From positions 64,001 through 128,000 of IMG/VR virus record IMGVR_UViG_3300010162_000393: a stretch of DNA of 64,000 nucleotides. One strand, 5' to 3'. The position numbers and the translations under genes are program-made. Below the pieces are notes generated by a model, which was given only the letters and a program-made list of their open reading frames with translations, did not search any database and had not been told where the DNA came from. Below are positions 10,049 through 20,460 of this stretch, piece by piece (position 1 is the stretch's first letter; each line of letters begins with the position of its first letter). The DNA is from a virus (lineage: Duplodnaviria > Caudoviricetes).

Positions 10049-10722
10049 TAATTTTTACCTGTGTGACCAAAACCACCTGCACCACGTTGAGTATCCTCTG
10101 ATAAACTATCAATCGGTACTAATTTAGTAAAAGACTCTCCAGACACGGGACATAAAACACCTTGTGCGATTCTATCACCATTACGTATTTTAAATGGTTC
10201 ATAAGAATGGTTTGTTAAGATAACGCATACTTCACCTCTATAAGACACATCTATCGTTCCCGGTGAATTTAACACTCCAATACCATTTCTTAATGCTAAT
10301 CCACTTCTCGGTCTTATTTGAACTTCAAACCCCTTTGGTATCTCCATATAAAGACCGGTGTGTATCATTTTTACATCTCTTGGTTCCAGTGTAATGGTAT
10401 TAGCATCCCCTGTTGGTTCAAAGTCTACTATCCATGCCCTAATATCAAAACCTGAATCGCCTTCGGTCGCATACGCGGGAAATGGGTTAGGTGATTTGTT
10501 CACTATCTTCAAAATGTTTTTACCATATTCTGATAACTCACCACCTCTTTTAATAATCTCCAATCGTAAAAGTCTTTCGGTTTCATCATCTTCAAGATAG
10601 AAGAAATCTCCCCTACCAAACACATAGTTTTGGAGTAATTGGGAAAGACGCTGATCCGGATAAATATTCCAAAGCGTTTTTACCTCACCTAATATTCTGT
10701 CTATTCTTTTTGGATCTCTCAT
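10048..10722 (-). CDS. dut: Trimeric dUTPase with a fused N-terminal small domain
   Basis: GDSGFDI, RPRSGLA, NSPGTIDVSYRGE, GDRIAQ, RGAGGFGHTG. Confidence 0.95.
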   Translation of the reverse strand: MRDPKRIDRILGEVKTLWNIYPDQRLSQLLQNYVFGRGDFFYLEDDETERLLRLEIIKRGGELSEYGKNILKIVNKSPNPFPAYATEGDSGFDIRAWIVDFEPTGDANTITLEPRDVKMIHTGLYMEIPKGFEVQIRPRSGLALRNGIGVLNSPGTIDVSYRGEVCVILTNHSYEPFKIRNGDRIAQGVLCPVSGESFTKLVPIDSLSEDTQRGAGGFGHTGKN

Positions 10723-10973
10723 TCGTCGTCAAAATTATCTTCGTCGTTATATTCAACATCAACATCGCCGTATTTCATTATTTTGATAATGAAATCAATT
10801 GCGTCTATTTCACCATGTGTTAGGGAGATGTTTTTATCCTCAAACTGGATATCGTACCCTTCACCATTCGTCCACTCTGTTACTTCTATGTAATCTCTCT
10901 CTTTTGAAAGAATACAAAAAGGTGCTAATTTAGAATGGATAGTTTTTCTTTTGTTTACTGTTATTGTTACCAT
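10719..10973 (-). CDS. Hypothetical protein
   Basis: 84-aa ORF with ATGA overlap to dut. Confidence 0.7.
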   Translation of the reverse strand: MVTITVNKRKTIHSKLAPFCILSKERDYIEVTEWTNGEGYDIQFEDKNISLTHGEIDAIDFIIKIMKYGDVDVEYNDEDNFDDE

Positions 10974-10978
10974 AATAT

Positions 10979-11848
10979 TTATTTTTTAATGTACATTATT
11001 TCTTCAACCTCAACTTGTTTTCCATTTAATCTGGAATACGAACTGTTTTTCTTTTCTAAATTTACAATATTTACCCCATTTAATGAAATTTTATTTGCCT
11101 TATTTTCGCCCCTATCACCATCAAACGTTAATGCGTAATCACATTTTAGATTATTACAATATTCAATTAATTCATTTGTGTTTATTCCACCATGATACAT
11201 ACTCTTTTTCCCTTTGCTGTTTCCAACAGACGAATACGGAGGATCCATAAATACAAAATCATTATAATCTGGTATGAAATCTTTATAATCTCCACATAAG
11301 AATAACACATTATATTCATTCAATAATTCCGATGCTTTAATTATTATTTTTTTCATTTTATCAGGGTGAATACCGGGTCTGGTAAAATGACATGAAGAAT
11401 TGTAAACACCTGAACTATTGTATCTTACCAACCCAGAAAAGGAAGTTCTCAAAAGAAATAGAAAGTAAATAGAATTTGTTAAATTGGAGTGTAATTTACT
11501 GTTAAATTCATTCCTAATATAATTAAAATAAAATTTACGATGTCCTTCAATAGTTTCTTCTTGACGTTGTTTGAAATCTTTCCACAACCTTTCATATCCA
11601 CCTATCAATAAATTAGGTGTTCTTTTAATATAATTCCACAAGTGCATTAAATCTTCGTTGTTATCAACACAAATTATATTTTCATACTCACGAGCTTTAT
11701 CAGGATATTTTAATATTAGTTCTAATGTGATTGAACAACCACCACAGAACAATTCATAAAATTTACCTGTTTTTCCTTCTGGAAAATGTGATATTATTTG
11801 ATTTGCGAGAAGGCGTTTGCTTCCACTCCACTTAATCGGGTTTTCCAT
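10979..11848 (-). CDS. dam: Dam-like (D12 class) DNA adenine methyltransferase
   Basis: PIKWSGSK, ELFCGG, FSGLVRYN, FMDPPY. Confidence 0.88.
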   Translation of the reverse strand: MENPIKWSGSKRLLANQIISHFPEGKTGKFYELFCGGCSITLELILKYPDKAREYENIICVDNNEDLMHLWNYIKRTPNLLIGGYERLWKDFKQRQEETIEGHRKFYFNYIRNEFNSKLHSNLTNSIYFLFLLRTSFSGLVRYNSSGVYNSSCHFTRPGIHPDKMKKIIIKASELLNEYNVLFLCGDYKDFIPDYNDFVFMDPPYSSVGNSKGKKSMYHGGINTNELIEYCNNLKCDYALTFDGDRGENKANKISLNGVNIVNLEKKNSSYSRLNGKQVEVEEIMYIKK

Positions 11849-11890
11849 TATAAATAATTTTTGTAGTAAATCTACAAAAAAACATCTTAT

Positions 11891-13030
11891 TTACCGAATG
11901 GAACGATTGTATACATATAAATAATTGCGAAGATCATATAATTTTTTCAATCTATCTGTTCTTCTAATCACCTTAAAAATAATATTCATAGAGTCGTTTT
12001 CTCCACCACGCTTAATACCCTCTTTCCTCATACCTTTAATTTTTGTCCACAGTTTATTACATTTTTGTGTTAAATGTAACATCTTTTCGTCGTTTTCTTC
12101 GGATTTAAATTGTTCAAATTCTTCACAGTATTTGTCAATGATATTAATAAATTTTGCCGATTTGGTTTTTATTAACGCTTTTTGGTATGTAATTGGTTCC
12201 GGTTTTGTTGGTTGTTGTATCCATGTATTTGATTCTAACGAATATCTTCCATTACTTTCTGCCGGATTTGAAATATCCTCAACATATAATTCAACATCAT
12301 ATCCATATATTCTTATTTTTTTGGTTTCATTCCATATTGTTTTTTTACTGTCAACATATTCTCTTACGAAATTTGTTCTTTTGTCAATATCATTGAAATC
12401 ATAAATAATATGTAAATCTACGTCAGAATATTTTGACCAATTGTATCCTACAATACTTCCTACAATATGAATATCCTTTGGATTAGCGAATGGTAGGTTA
12501 AGTTCATCTGTAAAATCATCAGCAACCTCTAACAAACGAAGTCTTGTTCTTTTCAATAACTTTTCACCATCCGGGAAAAATCTTGGATTCAATTCTGATT
12601 TTGGTTGAAATGAATTGAGATTAATTTGTGAAGCATCAACGGTTTCTTCGTAATTATTTTCAACTAATAGTTTTGTTGCTGATCTTGTTTCACCCTCAAA
12701 AAGTTTTATAAACATTCGTTTTATTTTTCTCTCAAAGTTGTTATTCAGTAATTTGTAAGTTATTTCTAATTGTGGTCCATCAATATTATCCGTATTGACT
12801 TTTTCGTCTTTATCCAAGACACCAACTTTAAGTAAATATTCTATCATCTTATTTTTAGAAAACCCTCGTGATTTCCAAAATTCTCCGATATTACTTTTTA
12901 CAGGATGATCTAATAATGACCTTAAAAATGTTTGGATTTCGTTCTTAAATTCATAGAACGTTACCTCATTGGATTCCTCTTTCAGAATCATGTTCAACTG
13001 TTTTTCGGATATTATTACTTTTTTTGCCAT
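11891..13030 (-). CDS. Pol-beta-superfamily nucleotidyltransferase, possibly virion-packaged
   Basis: IVGS.VGYNWSKYSDVDLHI...VELYVE motif; CTATTTAT at 13045-13052; N-terminal IISEKQLNMILKEE. Confidence 0.75.
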   Translation of the reverse strand: MAKKVIISEKQLNMILKEESNEVTFYEFKNEIQTFLRSLLDHPVKSNIGEFWKSRGFSKNKMIEYLLKVGVLDKDEKVNTDNIDGPQLEITYKLLNNNFERKIKRMFIKLFEGETRSATKLLVENNYEETVDASQINLNSFQPKSELNPRFFPDGEKLLKRTRLRLLEVADDFTDELNLPFANPKDIHIVGSIVGYNWSKYSDVDLHIIYDFNDIDKRTNFVREYVDSKKTIWNETKKIRIYGYDVELYVEDISNPAESNGRYSLESNTWIQQPTKPEPITYQKALIKTKSAKFINIIDKYCEEFEQFKSEENDEKMLHLTQKCNKLWTKIKGMRKEGIKRGGENDSMNIIFKVIRRTDRLKKLYDLRNYLYVYNRSIR

Positions 13031-13098
13031 TGTTTCACTTTCCTATAAATAGTTAAATTTAAAAATCGCCACTATTTATAACAAAATACATTAATTTT

Positions 13099-13485
13099 AT
13101 GTCAAAATCAAATTTGAAAGAATACATAGATAATACGGTTAAGGATTTGTTGAAGGAAAATAAAAACTCTGTCAAACCCAGTATTATAGCAGAAAATATT
13201 CATTCAATGAAAGAAAATTACAGGTTGCTTCGCGAATATGTTGAATACGCAAATGAAGGTGAATATGATGGGGATGTTATGTTGGATAATGAAATATCTG
13301 ATATTGATTCCAATGAACCTGAAATTAATAAATTCATTGAGAATATTAAATCGGAGGCGCTGGATGCTATGGCACAACTGTCAAAAAATGGTGAGAGTGG
13401 TAGTGAAACATTTAATACACTTAAAAAGGTGTTTGATGTTTGTCATAACACACAGAAAAAAGAAAAAGAAGGTAAAGTAGAATAA
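13099..13485 (+). CDS. Hypothetical late (putative internal head) protein
   Basis: CTATTTAT at 13072-13079; repeated L/I-x-E motifs. Confidence 0.6.
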   Translation: MSKSNLKEYIDNTVKDLLKENKNSVKPSIIAENIHSMKENYRLLREYVEYANEGEYDGDVMLDNEISDIDSNEPEINKFIENIKSEALDAMAQLSKNGESGSETFNTLKKVFDVCHNTQKKEKEGKVE

Positions 13486-13535
13486 GAAAAAGTTCTATTT
13501 ATTATTAAAATAAATGACAATAAAAAATAAATAAT

Positions 13536-15002
13536 ATGAACCAATATAAAGTATATTGTATCAACGAACAAAGAGGTTTAATTATTAAAGGATTTAATAC
13601 GGATGATAAATCAAAAATAAAAAACGAAGTAAAATCTTACTTATCCAAAGTATATCCTGGTAGAAAGTTAAACGAAAATATTGTCGTAACATCAAACCCG
13701 CAAGGATACGGATTAAATCCAAAAGATCGTTCTTCATGGATAAACATGGAAAAAGAAATGAAAAATGAATCTATTGTAAGGTATTTTACTGACAAGATAT
13801 ACGAATCTATGGTTGAAGGTGGGTATTTGTCTGATAAATTAAACCAAAAATATAATGTTTTACCCAGAGAAGTAACAGAAAAAAGAAAAGATTTTGAGAG
13901 GGCATTAACCAGTTGGTTAAAAGATCAAGATCAAAATCTTGGTACCGAAGAATTGGCGGCAAGAGTTAAAGCAAAAATAGATGAAATAATTGCCGAAGAA
14001 GAAGTAGAAGACGGTGAAGAAGAAATGCCTAGACTTACAAGTGGTGATATGAAAAATTTCAGAGAAAGTGTTCAAAAAATGGTTAGTCAAAATATCAATG
14101 AACTTTTAACTGAATCATATACCCAAGCAATCAATGAAAAATTTGGTGATAGGGTTGGAACTGGTATAAGAAACATGTTCAGTTGGGGTGGTAAGGGAAC
14201 TATACCCCCTAAAACATATGAAGCGGCAAGAGAATTTGGTAGAGCATGGGCATCGTTTAAAGGGGCGTGGGAAAAATGGGCTCCGCTTTTGGGTCATAAT
14301 CCTCATCAACCAGACGCGACACTTGCTAGTAAATTGCCGGTTGTTGAAAAAAGTATTCAAAAAGTGTTACCAAGACTTGAAGGTGTTGCTGATATTACAA
14401 GACCAAGGAGGCCAGAATTAATTGGAAAACATTTTGTGTCAAACAAAAACTATCAAGCGAATGTAGAAGCGCAAGCTCAAATATTGTCTCAACAACAAAT
14501 TGATATGGCAAATCAAGAAGTCACTAGTTTACAAAAAGAATTAGATGTTTTAGAACAACAATATTCCCAAAGTCAAAATCAAAATCGGCAAAGTAAACTG
14601 CGTATTGCCGCTTTAGAAAAGGATGTAAATACTTATACACAAAAAATTACTGAATTAGAGGCAGGTAAAGAAATTGATGAAAAAACAATTAAATTCCTTG
14701 AATCTTATTCTGCCTCTATAGTGGCGAAACTAGATGAACTAAAAAAAGATCAAAGTATTAATCAGAATCTTATATCAAGTTTAGAAAAAAGACTTAAAAC
14801 AGTGACCGGATTATTTACAAAAGCACAAACAGCAAAAAGAGATTATAAAAAACAACGTGATGTTGCCACAGGACAAGTAAATGATCTTACTGGGAAACTT
14901 GACGCTAAAGACGCAGAACTACAAAAAGAAAAGGGTTTACGAGGGAAAGCAGAAGCAGATTTAGATGCTCATTATAAAATTGCTGATTTTAATCCAACTT
15001 AA
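13536..15002 (+). CDS. Coiled-coil late (putative internal head) protein
   Basis: CTATTTAT at 13495-13502; long C-terminal heptad region; many L/I-x-E motifs. Confidence 0.6.
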   Translation: MNQYKVYCINEQRGLIIKGFNTDDKSKIKNEVKSYLSKVYPGRKLNENIVVTSNPQGYGLNPKDRSSWINMEKEMKNESIVRYFTDKIYESMVEGGYLSDKLNQKYNVLPREVTEKRKDFERALTSWLKDQDQNLGTEELAARVKAKIDEIIAEEEVEDGEEEMPRLTSGDMKNFRESVQKMVSQNINELLTESYTQAINEKFGDRVGTGIRNMFSWGGKGTIPPKTYEAAREFGRAWASFKGAWEKWAPLLGHNPHQPDATLASKLPVVEKSIQKVLPRLEGVADITRPRRPELIGKHFVSNKNYQANVEAQAQILSQQQIDMANQEVTSLQKELDVLEQQYSQSQNQNRQSKLRIAALEKDVNTYTQKITELEAGKEIDEKTIKFLESYSASIVAKLDELKKDQSINQNLISSLEKRLKTVTGLFTKAQTAKRDYKKQRDVATGQVNDLTGKLDAKDAELQKEKGLRGKAEADLDAHYKIADFNPT

Positions 15003-15007
15003 CCAAC

Positions 15008-15535
15008 TCATGTAAAATTGATATGAATAAGTGGGGCAAGGTCTTTTGAGATTATTGCCCCATTTTCTATATCAAATGATATCAATGTGTTTTCTTTATC
15101 ATTTTCGTTCCAAAAGTTTAACATACCCTTATAACAATGGTGAAAACTTCCAGATTCATCTTCTACGAGTTCTTCGGTAGAAGACCAAGAATCATATATT
15201 GGTGGTATTAAAATTCTCTTTTCAAGATCACGTTTATTCATATATCGTTGAATAAGACCAAACTTTCCTATATCCGTTTTAAAGTAGTTATTCCAATATA
15301 TATCGTATTTCTCACATAATTTAGAAACCTTTTCCTCAACAGGCATTGTATAACCACTAAACGGACCGTTGTAATTATCTTCGGATAACTGTCTTCTATA
15401 TTCTTCAGACATATCACAACCGCGAATAACATTTACAGAGTAAATATTTCGATCCCCCAAACAAATCGAATTTTCGGTGTGGTAAATCCAATAATTACCA
15501 TCCACATCTTTCATCTTATATCTATTAACAATCAT
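15008..15535 (-). CDS. Hypothetical protein
   Basis: 175-aa ORF; TGTATATTTC upstream (15561-15570). Confidence 0.65.
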   Translation of the reverse strand: MIVNRYKMKDVDGNYWIYHTENSICLGDRNIYSVNVIRGCDMSEEYRRQLSEDNYNGPFSGYTMPVEEKVSKLCEKYDIYWNNYFKTDIGKFGLIQRYMNKRDLEKRILIPPIYDSWSSTEELVEDESGSFHHCYKGMLNFWNENDKENTLISFDIENGAIISKDLAPLIHINFT

Positions 15536-15616
15536 TTTTTTAATTTTTTAATATTTTAGTGAAATATACATTCTATATAATTTTCTGATCACCTATTTAT
15601 AGAAAATACTATTTTA

Positions 15617-16867
15617 ATGCAAACATTCGTTAATGGTGGTAAAAACAATATAAACCCAACACGCGGAGATTTTCCGCGCAGTTATGGTGATACATGGAAA
15701 AAACTATTGACTCTTGAAGCATTTCTTGACCAAGCAAATAACCCAAAACTTATGTCTTTGGAAGATATAGATGCGAGTTTCAAGGAATGGGTTGAGCGTA
15801 ATTTAGAAATAACATATGCCGGACAACTTATACCAACACAATTTTTATTATCAATACAAAGATTAAGTGAGTTCGGAAAAAACTGGAAGATAACAAATAA
15901 TGAAGGGGAATTAATACTATCATTCAAAACAATATCCAGAGAATTGGCACCACAACAAGGTACAATGTATGATAAGATATATAACATACCTGGAGAACCA
16001 ACGTGGCCGGTATGTTATATACCTATTATTGAAAATGGTATTGAGGGATATGATGTTATTTCAATGAAACAACCAAACCAGGTTGATCTTAAATACACTG
16101 TATCTATTTTTAGTACTAAAATGGATACTGTTAATAAGTTTAATACATTGGTTATTGATAGATTCAAATCATTGCAAGCATATTTAAGGGTTAGGGATAC
16201 ATATTATGTTTCAATGGTATTAGAAAAGGTTAGCGATGAAACTAAAATGGAAATAGAAGAAAGGCGTTATTATGTTCAAAATTATGAAATACTTGTCAAA
16301 GCATATTTGTTACAAGAATCAGATTTTAAAAGAGAACGTCTTCAAAACAGAGTATTGGTTTCGGTTGATACGGAGGCAAAGTTTAAACCATGTGCTACAA
16401 TTATGGAAGATGATTGTTGTCCCGGTGCAATAGTTTTAACCATTGATTTTCCGCTTGAATCTAAAAGTTATGTAAAATTCAGAATAGACGAAAATGTATA
16501 TATTAAATCTGTTTCAAGTGATAATATTCGTTCATTTTCATTGAAACGAAATGATGAACCAGTACATAATGCCTGTGTTGGCGGATTTGATTTACGTGAA
16601 AATGATAGAGTAGAAATTCATTTTAAAAAATGGGATAATTATCTACCTGCAAGAATTAGATTTAGTGGTCAAATCGTTTGTTGTGAAGAACCAAAAAGCG
16701 TTTTTGATTGTACTATACCTGAAATAGAAGGTGAGGATATAATATTTGAGGAAGCTGATCCATGTATTTTACCAGAAATAGATAGTGATGAAATATCATT
16801 TGATTATATTGACCCATGTATTGTTCCGGAAATATTATCTAATTCAGTTTCTTTTGTATTATCGTGA
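15617..16867 (+). CDS. Putative tail completion / sheath-stabiliser (gp15-like) virion protein
   Basis: SLEDIDASFKEWV...P.QVDLKYTVSI pattern resembling tail-terminator proteins; CTATTTAT at 15593-15600. Confidence 0.5.
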   Translation: MQTFVNGGKNNINPTRGDFPRSYGDTWKKLLTLEAFLDQANNPKLMSLEDIDASFKEWVERNLEITYAGQLIPTQFLLSIQRLSEFGKNWKITNNEGELILSFKTISRELAPQQGTMYDKIYNIPGEPTWPVCYIPIIENGIEGYDVISMKQPNQVDLKYTVSIFSTKMDTVNKFNTLVIDRFKSLQAYLRVRDTYYVSMVLEKVSDETKMEIEERRYYVQNYEILVKAYLLQESDFKRERLQNRVLVSVDTEAKFKPCATIMEDDCCPGAIVLTIDFPLESKSYVKFRIDENVYIKSVSSDNIRSFSLKRNDEPVHNACVGGFDLRENDRVEIHFKKWDNYLPARIRFSGQIVCCEEPKSVFDCTIPEIEGEDIIFEEADPCILPEIDSDEISFDYIDPCIVPEILSNSVSFVLS

Positions 16868-19020
16868 ATCAGTTTATTTAACTTTTTCGTATACCCATAA
16901 TCAACCTTTTCATTTACACTTATCAGTTTACTAACATCTATATTTGAATATTTACGGATATATTCCTTTAATTTAGATTGAGATATGGATGTATGTTTAG
17001 TTAAATATTTACCGATTTGTAATAAAAGAGTTATGTGATTAGATAGTATTAAAATGGTGTTATCCATAATATTTCTCAACTCTTCATTTACATCTTGTTG
17101 GATAGTATAATTTTCATATTCCTTTAATAAAGTATCGTCATCAGATGCTAATGTTGTAACGCCTAAATTATATCTTAATCCATATTTTCTGTATGATTCA
17201 ACAATCAAAGAGGTTGCTTCTTCCAAGTCGTTAGATGCACCAACACTAACTAAAGCATCTTCAAAAACAATACTTTCTGCTGCCATACCGGCAAGTAAAA
17301 CACTAACCTTTTTAATTATAATTTCTTTATTTATAATACCATCTTCTTCTGATCCTTGAACTGTTATACCAATAGAAGTTGGGTCACTGGTAACAGATAG
17401 AACTTGTAGTGGGAGTTTGTTGAAAAGTGCAATAGACGCAACAGTATGTCCTGCTTCATGTACGGCAGTGAGGGTTTGTAAATCGTTTCCTTTGTTATTT
17501 CTCAAACTCTCTAAACGCAAATGAATTTTATGTTCGGTAGAGTCACATAAAACACCTTCCTTATAAAAATAAACTATTATTTTTTTATTCTTATACGAAT
17601 ATTCAATAGTATCACAATCTATGTTATTTGAACTTTTATATAATAATGTGTTTGCAAAATTAGATTTTATTAAGTCATTAATACCGGTTTGTAACGGTCT
17701 AACACCTAACACAGGAAATACATTCTCTTTGTACACAATAGTATGTATTGAATCATCATATTTCAAATTTACATTATATACTTCTTTAATATAATTTGAA
17801 TAATTATTAAGAATATTTTTAATAATAGTTTTATATGATTTTGAATCTAATGATGGGTAAATAATGAACGTATTACCTAACCTTGATACATGTTCTGCCC
17901 TGTATCTATTCATTAATGCCTCTTTTATTTCGACAATAGTGATTTTTTTAGATATTTTTGAAAATTCATCGGCAGATATATCAGCATTGAAGTCGGAGTG
18001 CATTCCGTGATACGCCTCATCAAGATTTAGTAGAACAAATATTAAACTTCGTTTATAATTTATTTGTGGTTTTTTTAATCCATCTATAATATCAGTACGA
18101 ATTGTAGTTAGAAAATCTATCATATCTCCTATTAACATTTCTGACATATCGTCATATAATCTATTAAGATCAATAATTTTATCTAAACCATACAATTTTA
18201 TGATATTACCAATTTCAGTAATAAATTCATGTTTGAATGTATATGTATAGTTGTTATTAATAGGGTTTGATTTAAGATTGAACACACCTAATAAATCTAA
18301 CATAACTTCATCAGATACTGTTACAACCATCTTGGTTTCGTTGGTTTCTACTAATATTGATTTGTTAACGTCTTTACAATTTTCGGCATAGTTATGAATA
18401 TCTTCAAGAAGTTTATATTCTTCTTCGGTTAGAGTAAATGATAAGTTTTTATATGTTCTGTTTTTCAAATACAAAATTGCCTTTAATACCCTAATAGCAG
18501 CAGACACACCATCATTATTATAACCGCTCTCAATTTTTCCCTCATATTTTAATAACCCGGTATCCATGAATAACCATAAACTGGAATTATATGAATCTAT
18601 TTCCCCATCTTTATCTTTTGCTTTATAGTTTTGAAACTCATCCAAAATAATTATTGGGTGGTCAATAAGTCTATTATGGTCATAAAGTAAAAACTTCAAT
18701 GGGGTTTCGCTATTTAATTCGGAACCATTAACAGTATGAGCATGAAATTCTAATCCTAATAAGGATATTAGTCTGTTAACCAGTGCTGTTTTACCACAGC
18801 CGGTTAATCCAACTAAATTAATTACTAATGGTTTTTCCAACGAATCTTTAAAAAACAACCATGGTTTAACAGCGTTGATTAACTCATCAATTTGTTTGTC
18901 AATGCCGATAAATTCAGATTTTAATACACCGGATATTTCTGTAAGTTGTTCACTTGTGGTTACTATTTCAAACTTTTTTTTACTATTAATAAAATCTTTA
19001 ATATCCTTTGTCTTTATCAT
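16804..19020 (-). CDS. Soluble AAA+ ATPase fused to an M41 (FtsH-type) metallopeptidase
   Basis: Walker A GLTGCGKT, Walker B ILDEF, Clp-like GVRPL; AVHEAGH, LAGMAAE, GASNDLE; no TM segments. Confidence 0.85.
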   Translation of the reverse strand: MIKTKDIKDFINSKKKFEIVTTSEQLTEISGVLKSEFIGIDKQIDELINAVKPWLFFKDSLEKPLVINLVGLTGCGKTALVNRLISLLGLEFHAHTVNGSELNSETPLKFLLYDHNRLIDHPIIILDEFQNYKAKDKDGEIDSYNSSLWLFMDTGLLKYEGKIESGYNNDGVSAAIRVLKAILYLKNRTYKNLSFTLTEEEYKLLEDIHNYAENCKDVNKSILVETNETKMVVTVSDEVMLDLLGVFNLKSNPINNNYTYTFKHEFITEIGNIIKLYGLDKIIDLNRLYDDMSEMLIGDMIDFLTTIRTDIIDGLKKPQINYKRSLIFVLLNLDEAYHGMHSDFNADISADEFSKISKKITIVEIKEALMNRYRAEHVSRLGNTFIIYPSLDSKSYKTIIKNILNNYSNYIKEVYNVNLKYDDSIHTIVYKENVFPVLGVRPLQTGINDLIKSNFANTLLYKSSNNIDCDTIEYSYKNKKIIVYFYKEGVLCDSTEHKIHLRLESLRNNKGNDLQTLTAVHEAGHTVASIALFNKLPLQVLSVTSDPTSIGITVQGSEEDGIINKEIIIKKVSVLLAGMAAESIVFEDALVSVGASNDLEEATSLIVESYRKYGLRYNLGVTTLASDDDTLLKEYENYTIQQDVNEELRNIMDNTILILSNHITLLLQIGKYLTKHTSISQSKLKEYIRKYSNIDVSKLISVNEKVDYGYTKKLNKLIHDNTKETELDNISGTIHGSI

Positions 19021-19030
19021 ACATTCTTTT

Positions 19031-19312
19031 TTATTTATATTTATATTCTATTTTCAAAATAGATAATTTGTTAAAAATTTCAACTAATTCAGATAATGAT
19101 TTTTCGTTTTCAATTCTTAACCAATTCCAAGAAGTAGTGTCAGCAAGTCCACCAAAAGTGTATAACCTATTACTTCCTTCACCATAATCAAATTCTTTCA
19201 CAAAAAAATTAGCATCTGGGTATTTTTCTTCCAAAAACGGATCACAATACTTTTTCACCAATGGTTTCAGAAGACACATTACTTCTTCTTTTGTTTTAAC
19301 CTCAATTTTCAT
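19031..19312 (-). CDS. Hypothetical protein
   Basis: 93-aa ORF in operon. Confidence 0.6.
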   Translation of the reverse strand: MKIEVKTKEEVMCLLKPLVKKYCDPFLEEKYPDANFFVKEFDYGEGSNRLYTFGGLADTTSWNWLRIENEKSLSELVEIFNKLSILKIEYKYK

Positions 19313-19318
19313 TTCCTT

Positions 19319-19645
19319 TTAATTTGTTTGTAAATACCTATTTACTATATCATTTATTTCAAATAAAAACTTTTCACCCCATATTGCTCTGCGCTTCTTG
19401 CGTAATAAGAAATCAAAACGACCATTTTCACAAAATCTACTATTATCACTCATTTGTTCTAACGGAACGTTTTCAAATAAATCTTTTAATGCGGCAAAAA
19501 GTTTCTTTTCTTCCTTATCAAGTTCTGATTTAGAAACATAATATTTTAAATTAGTTCTTATATAATTCAAAATATTAGCCTTAATTATCCTTCTTTTGCT
19601 ATCTTCTGCTGTCATAATATCCTCGTTTATATTGTTGCTACACAT
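19319..19645 (-). CDS. Hypothetical protein
   Basis: 108-aa ORF in operon. Confidence 0.6.
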   Translation of the reverse strand: MCSNNINEDIMTAEDSKRRIIKANILNYIRTNLKYYVSKSELDKEEKKLFAALKDLFENVPLEQMSDNSRFCENGRFDFLLRKKRRAIWGEKFLFEINDIVNRYLQTN

Positions 19646-19656
19646 AAAAATACATT

Positions 19657-20460
19657 TTATTTTTCTTTCTCAGAAATTGCCCCAATTTCTAACAAAATTG
19701 TTTTAACCTGAACAATCAAATAATTAATGGTTCCGTTGTTATCAATAACAAAATCATATTCTTTATATTCGTTTTGTTCTGTTTCTGAAGAATGTGTGTG
19801 GGCAACACCCTTATCCCTTTCTACTTTGATAACATAACCACCCCTTTCTTTAATTGCTTCAATTTCGTTTAAAAATCTACAGTCGGCAATAATCCAATTT
19901 GGATGAACTATTTTTGACCAACATTCTCTACAAATTCTACAATACTTATCGGTATTTAATTCTTGTTTTCCACAAATAGTACAAAGATTCGTATAATTTC
20001 CTGTTGGGTATTCTCCGGTGTTTTCTACACCTTTATAACCACTTAGTGTGGCGTTTACCCATGTATTTTTGTTCCACATATCCCTAAACATTTCTGTTCC
20101 TATACGTTGATGCGCATAACGATATGTTAAGGTTGTGTCTGGTATTATTTGCCATATGTCAGGCAACGCAGAATTTTTGAAATCAATATCATGTAATTGT
20201 TCGATTGTGCAATCAAATAATATTGACAAAACCTCTTTAAGTTTATCGGCATACGCTCTCTTTTCCCATGAAGTGTAAAAATTTACAACATTAAATAAAT
20301 CACTATCATTCAACACTAATTTTACAAACTCTATATCTGTATAATCACTGTAATCGTTTGTTCGATTAAATTTCTCATTATACCAACAATCAAGTGATTG
20401 TATAATTTTTGCAACGGTATCCTTACCAGATTGCATTTGTCCTGCTATTCCTATTAACAT
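19657..20460 (-). CDS. Deoxynucleoside monophosphate kinase with a Zn-finger insert
   Basis: IGIAGQMQSGKDT, YADKLK, IADCRFLNE, HSSE; CTIC...CREC insert. Confidence 0.85.
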   Translation of the reverse strand: MLIGIAGQMQSGKDTVAKIIQSLDCWYNEKFNRTNDYSDYTDIEFVKLVLNDSDLFNVVNFYTSWEKRAYADKLKEVLSILFDCTIEQLHDIDFKNSALPDIWQIIPDTTLTYRYAHQRIGTEMFRDMWNKNTWVNATLSGYKGVENTGEYPTGNYTNLCTICGKQELNTDKYCRICRECWSKIVHPNWIIADCRFLNEIEAIKERGGYVIKVERDKGVAHTHSSETEQNEYKEYDFVIDNNGTINYLIVQVKTILLEIGAISEKEK

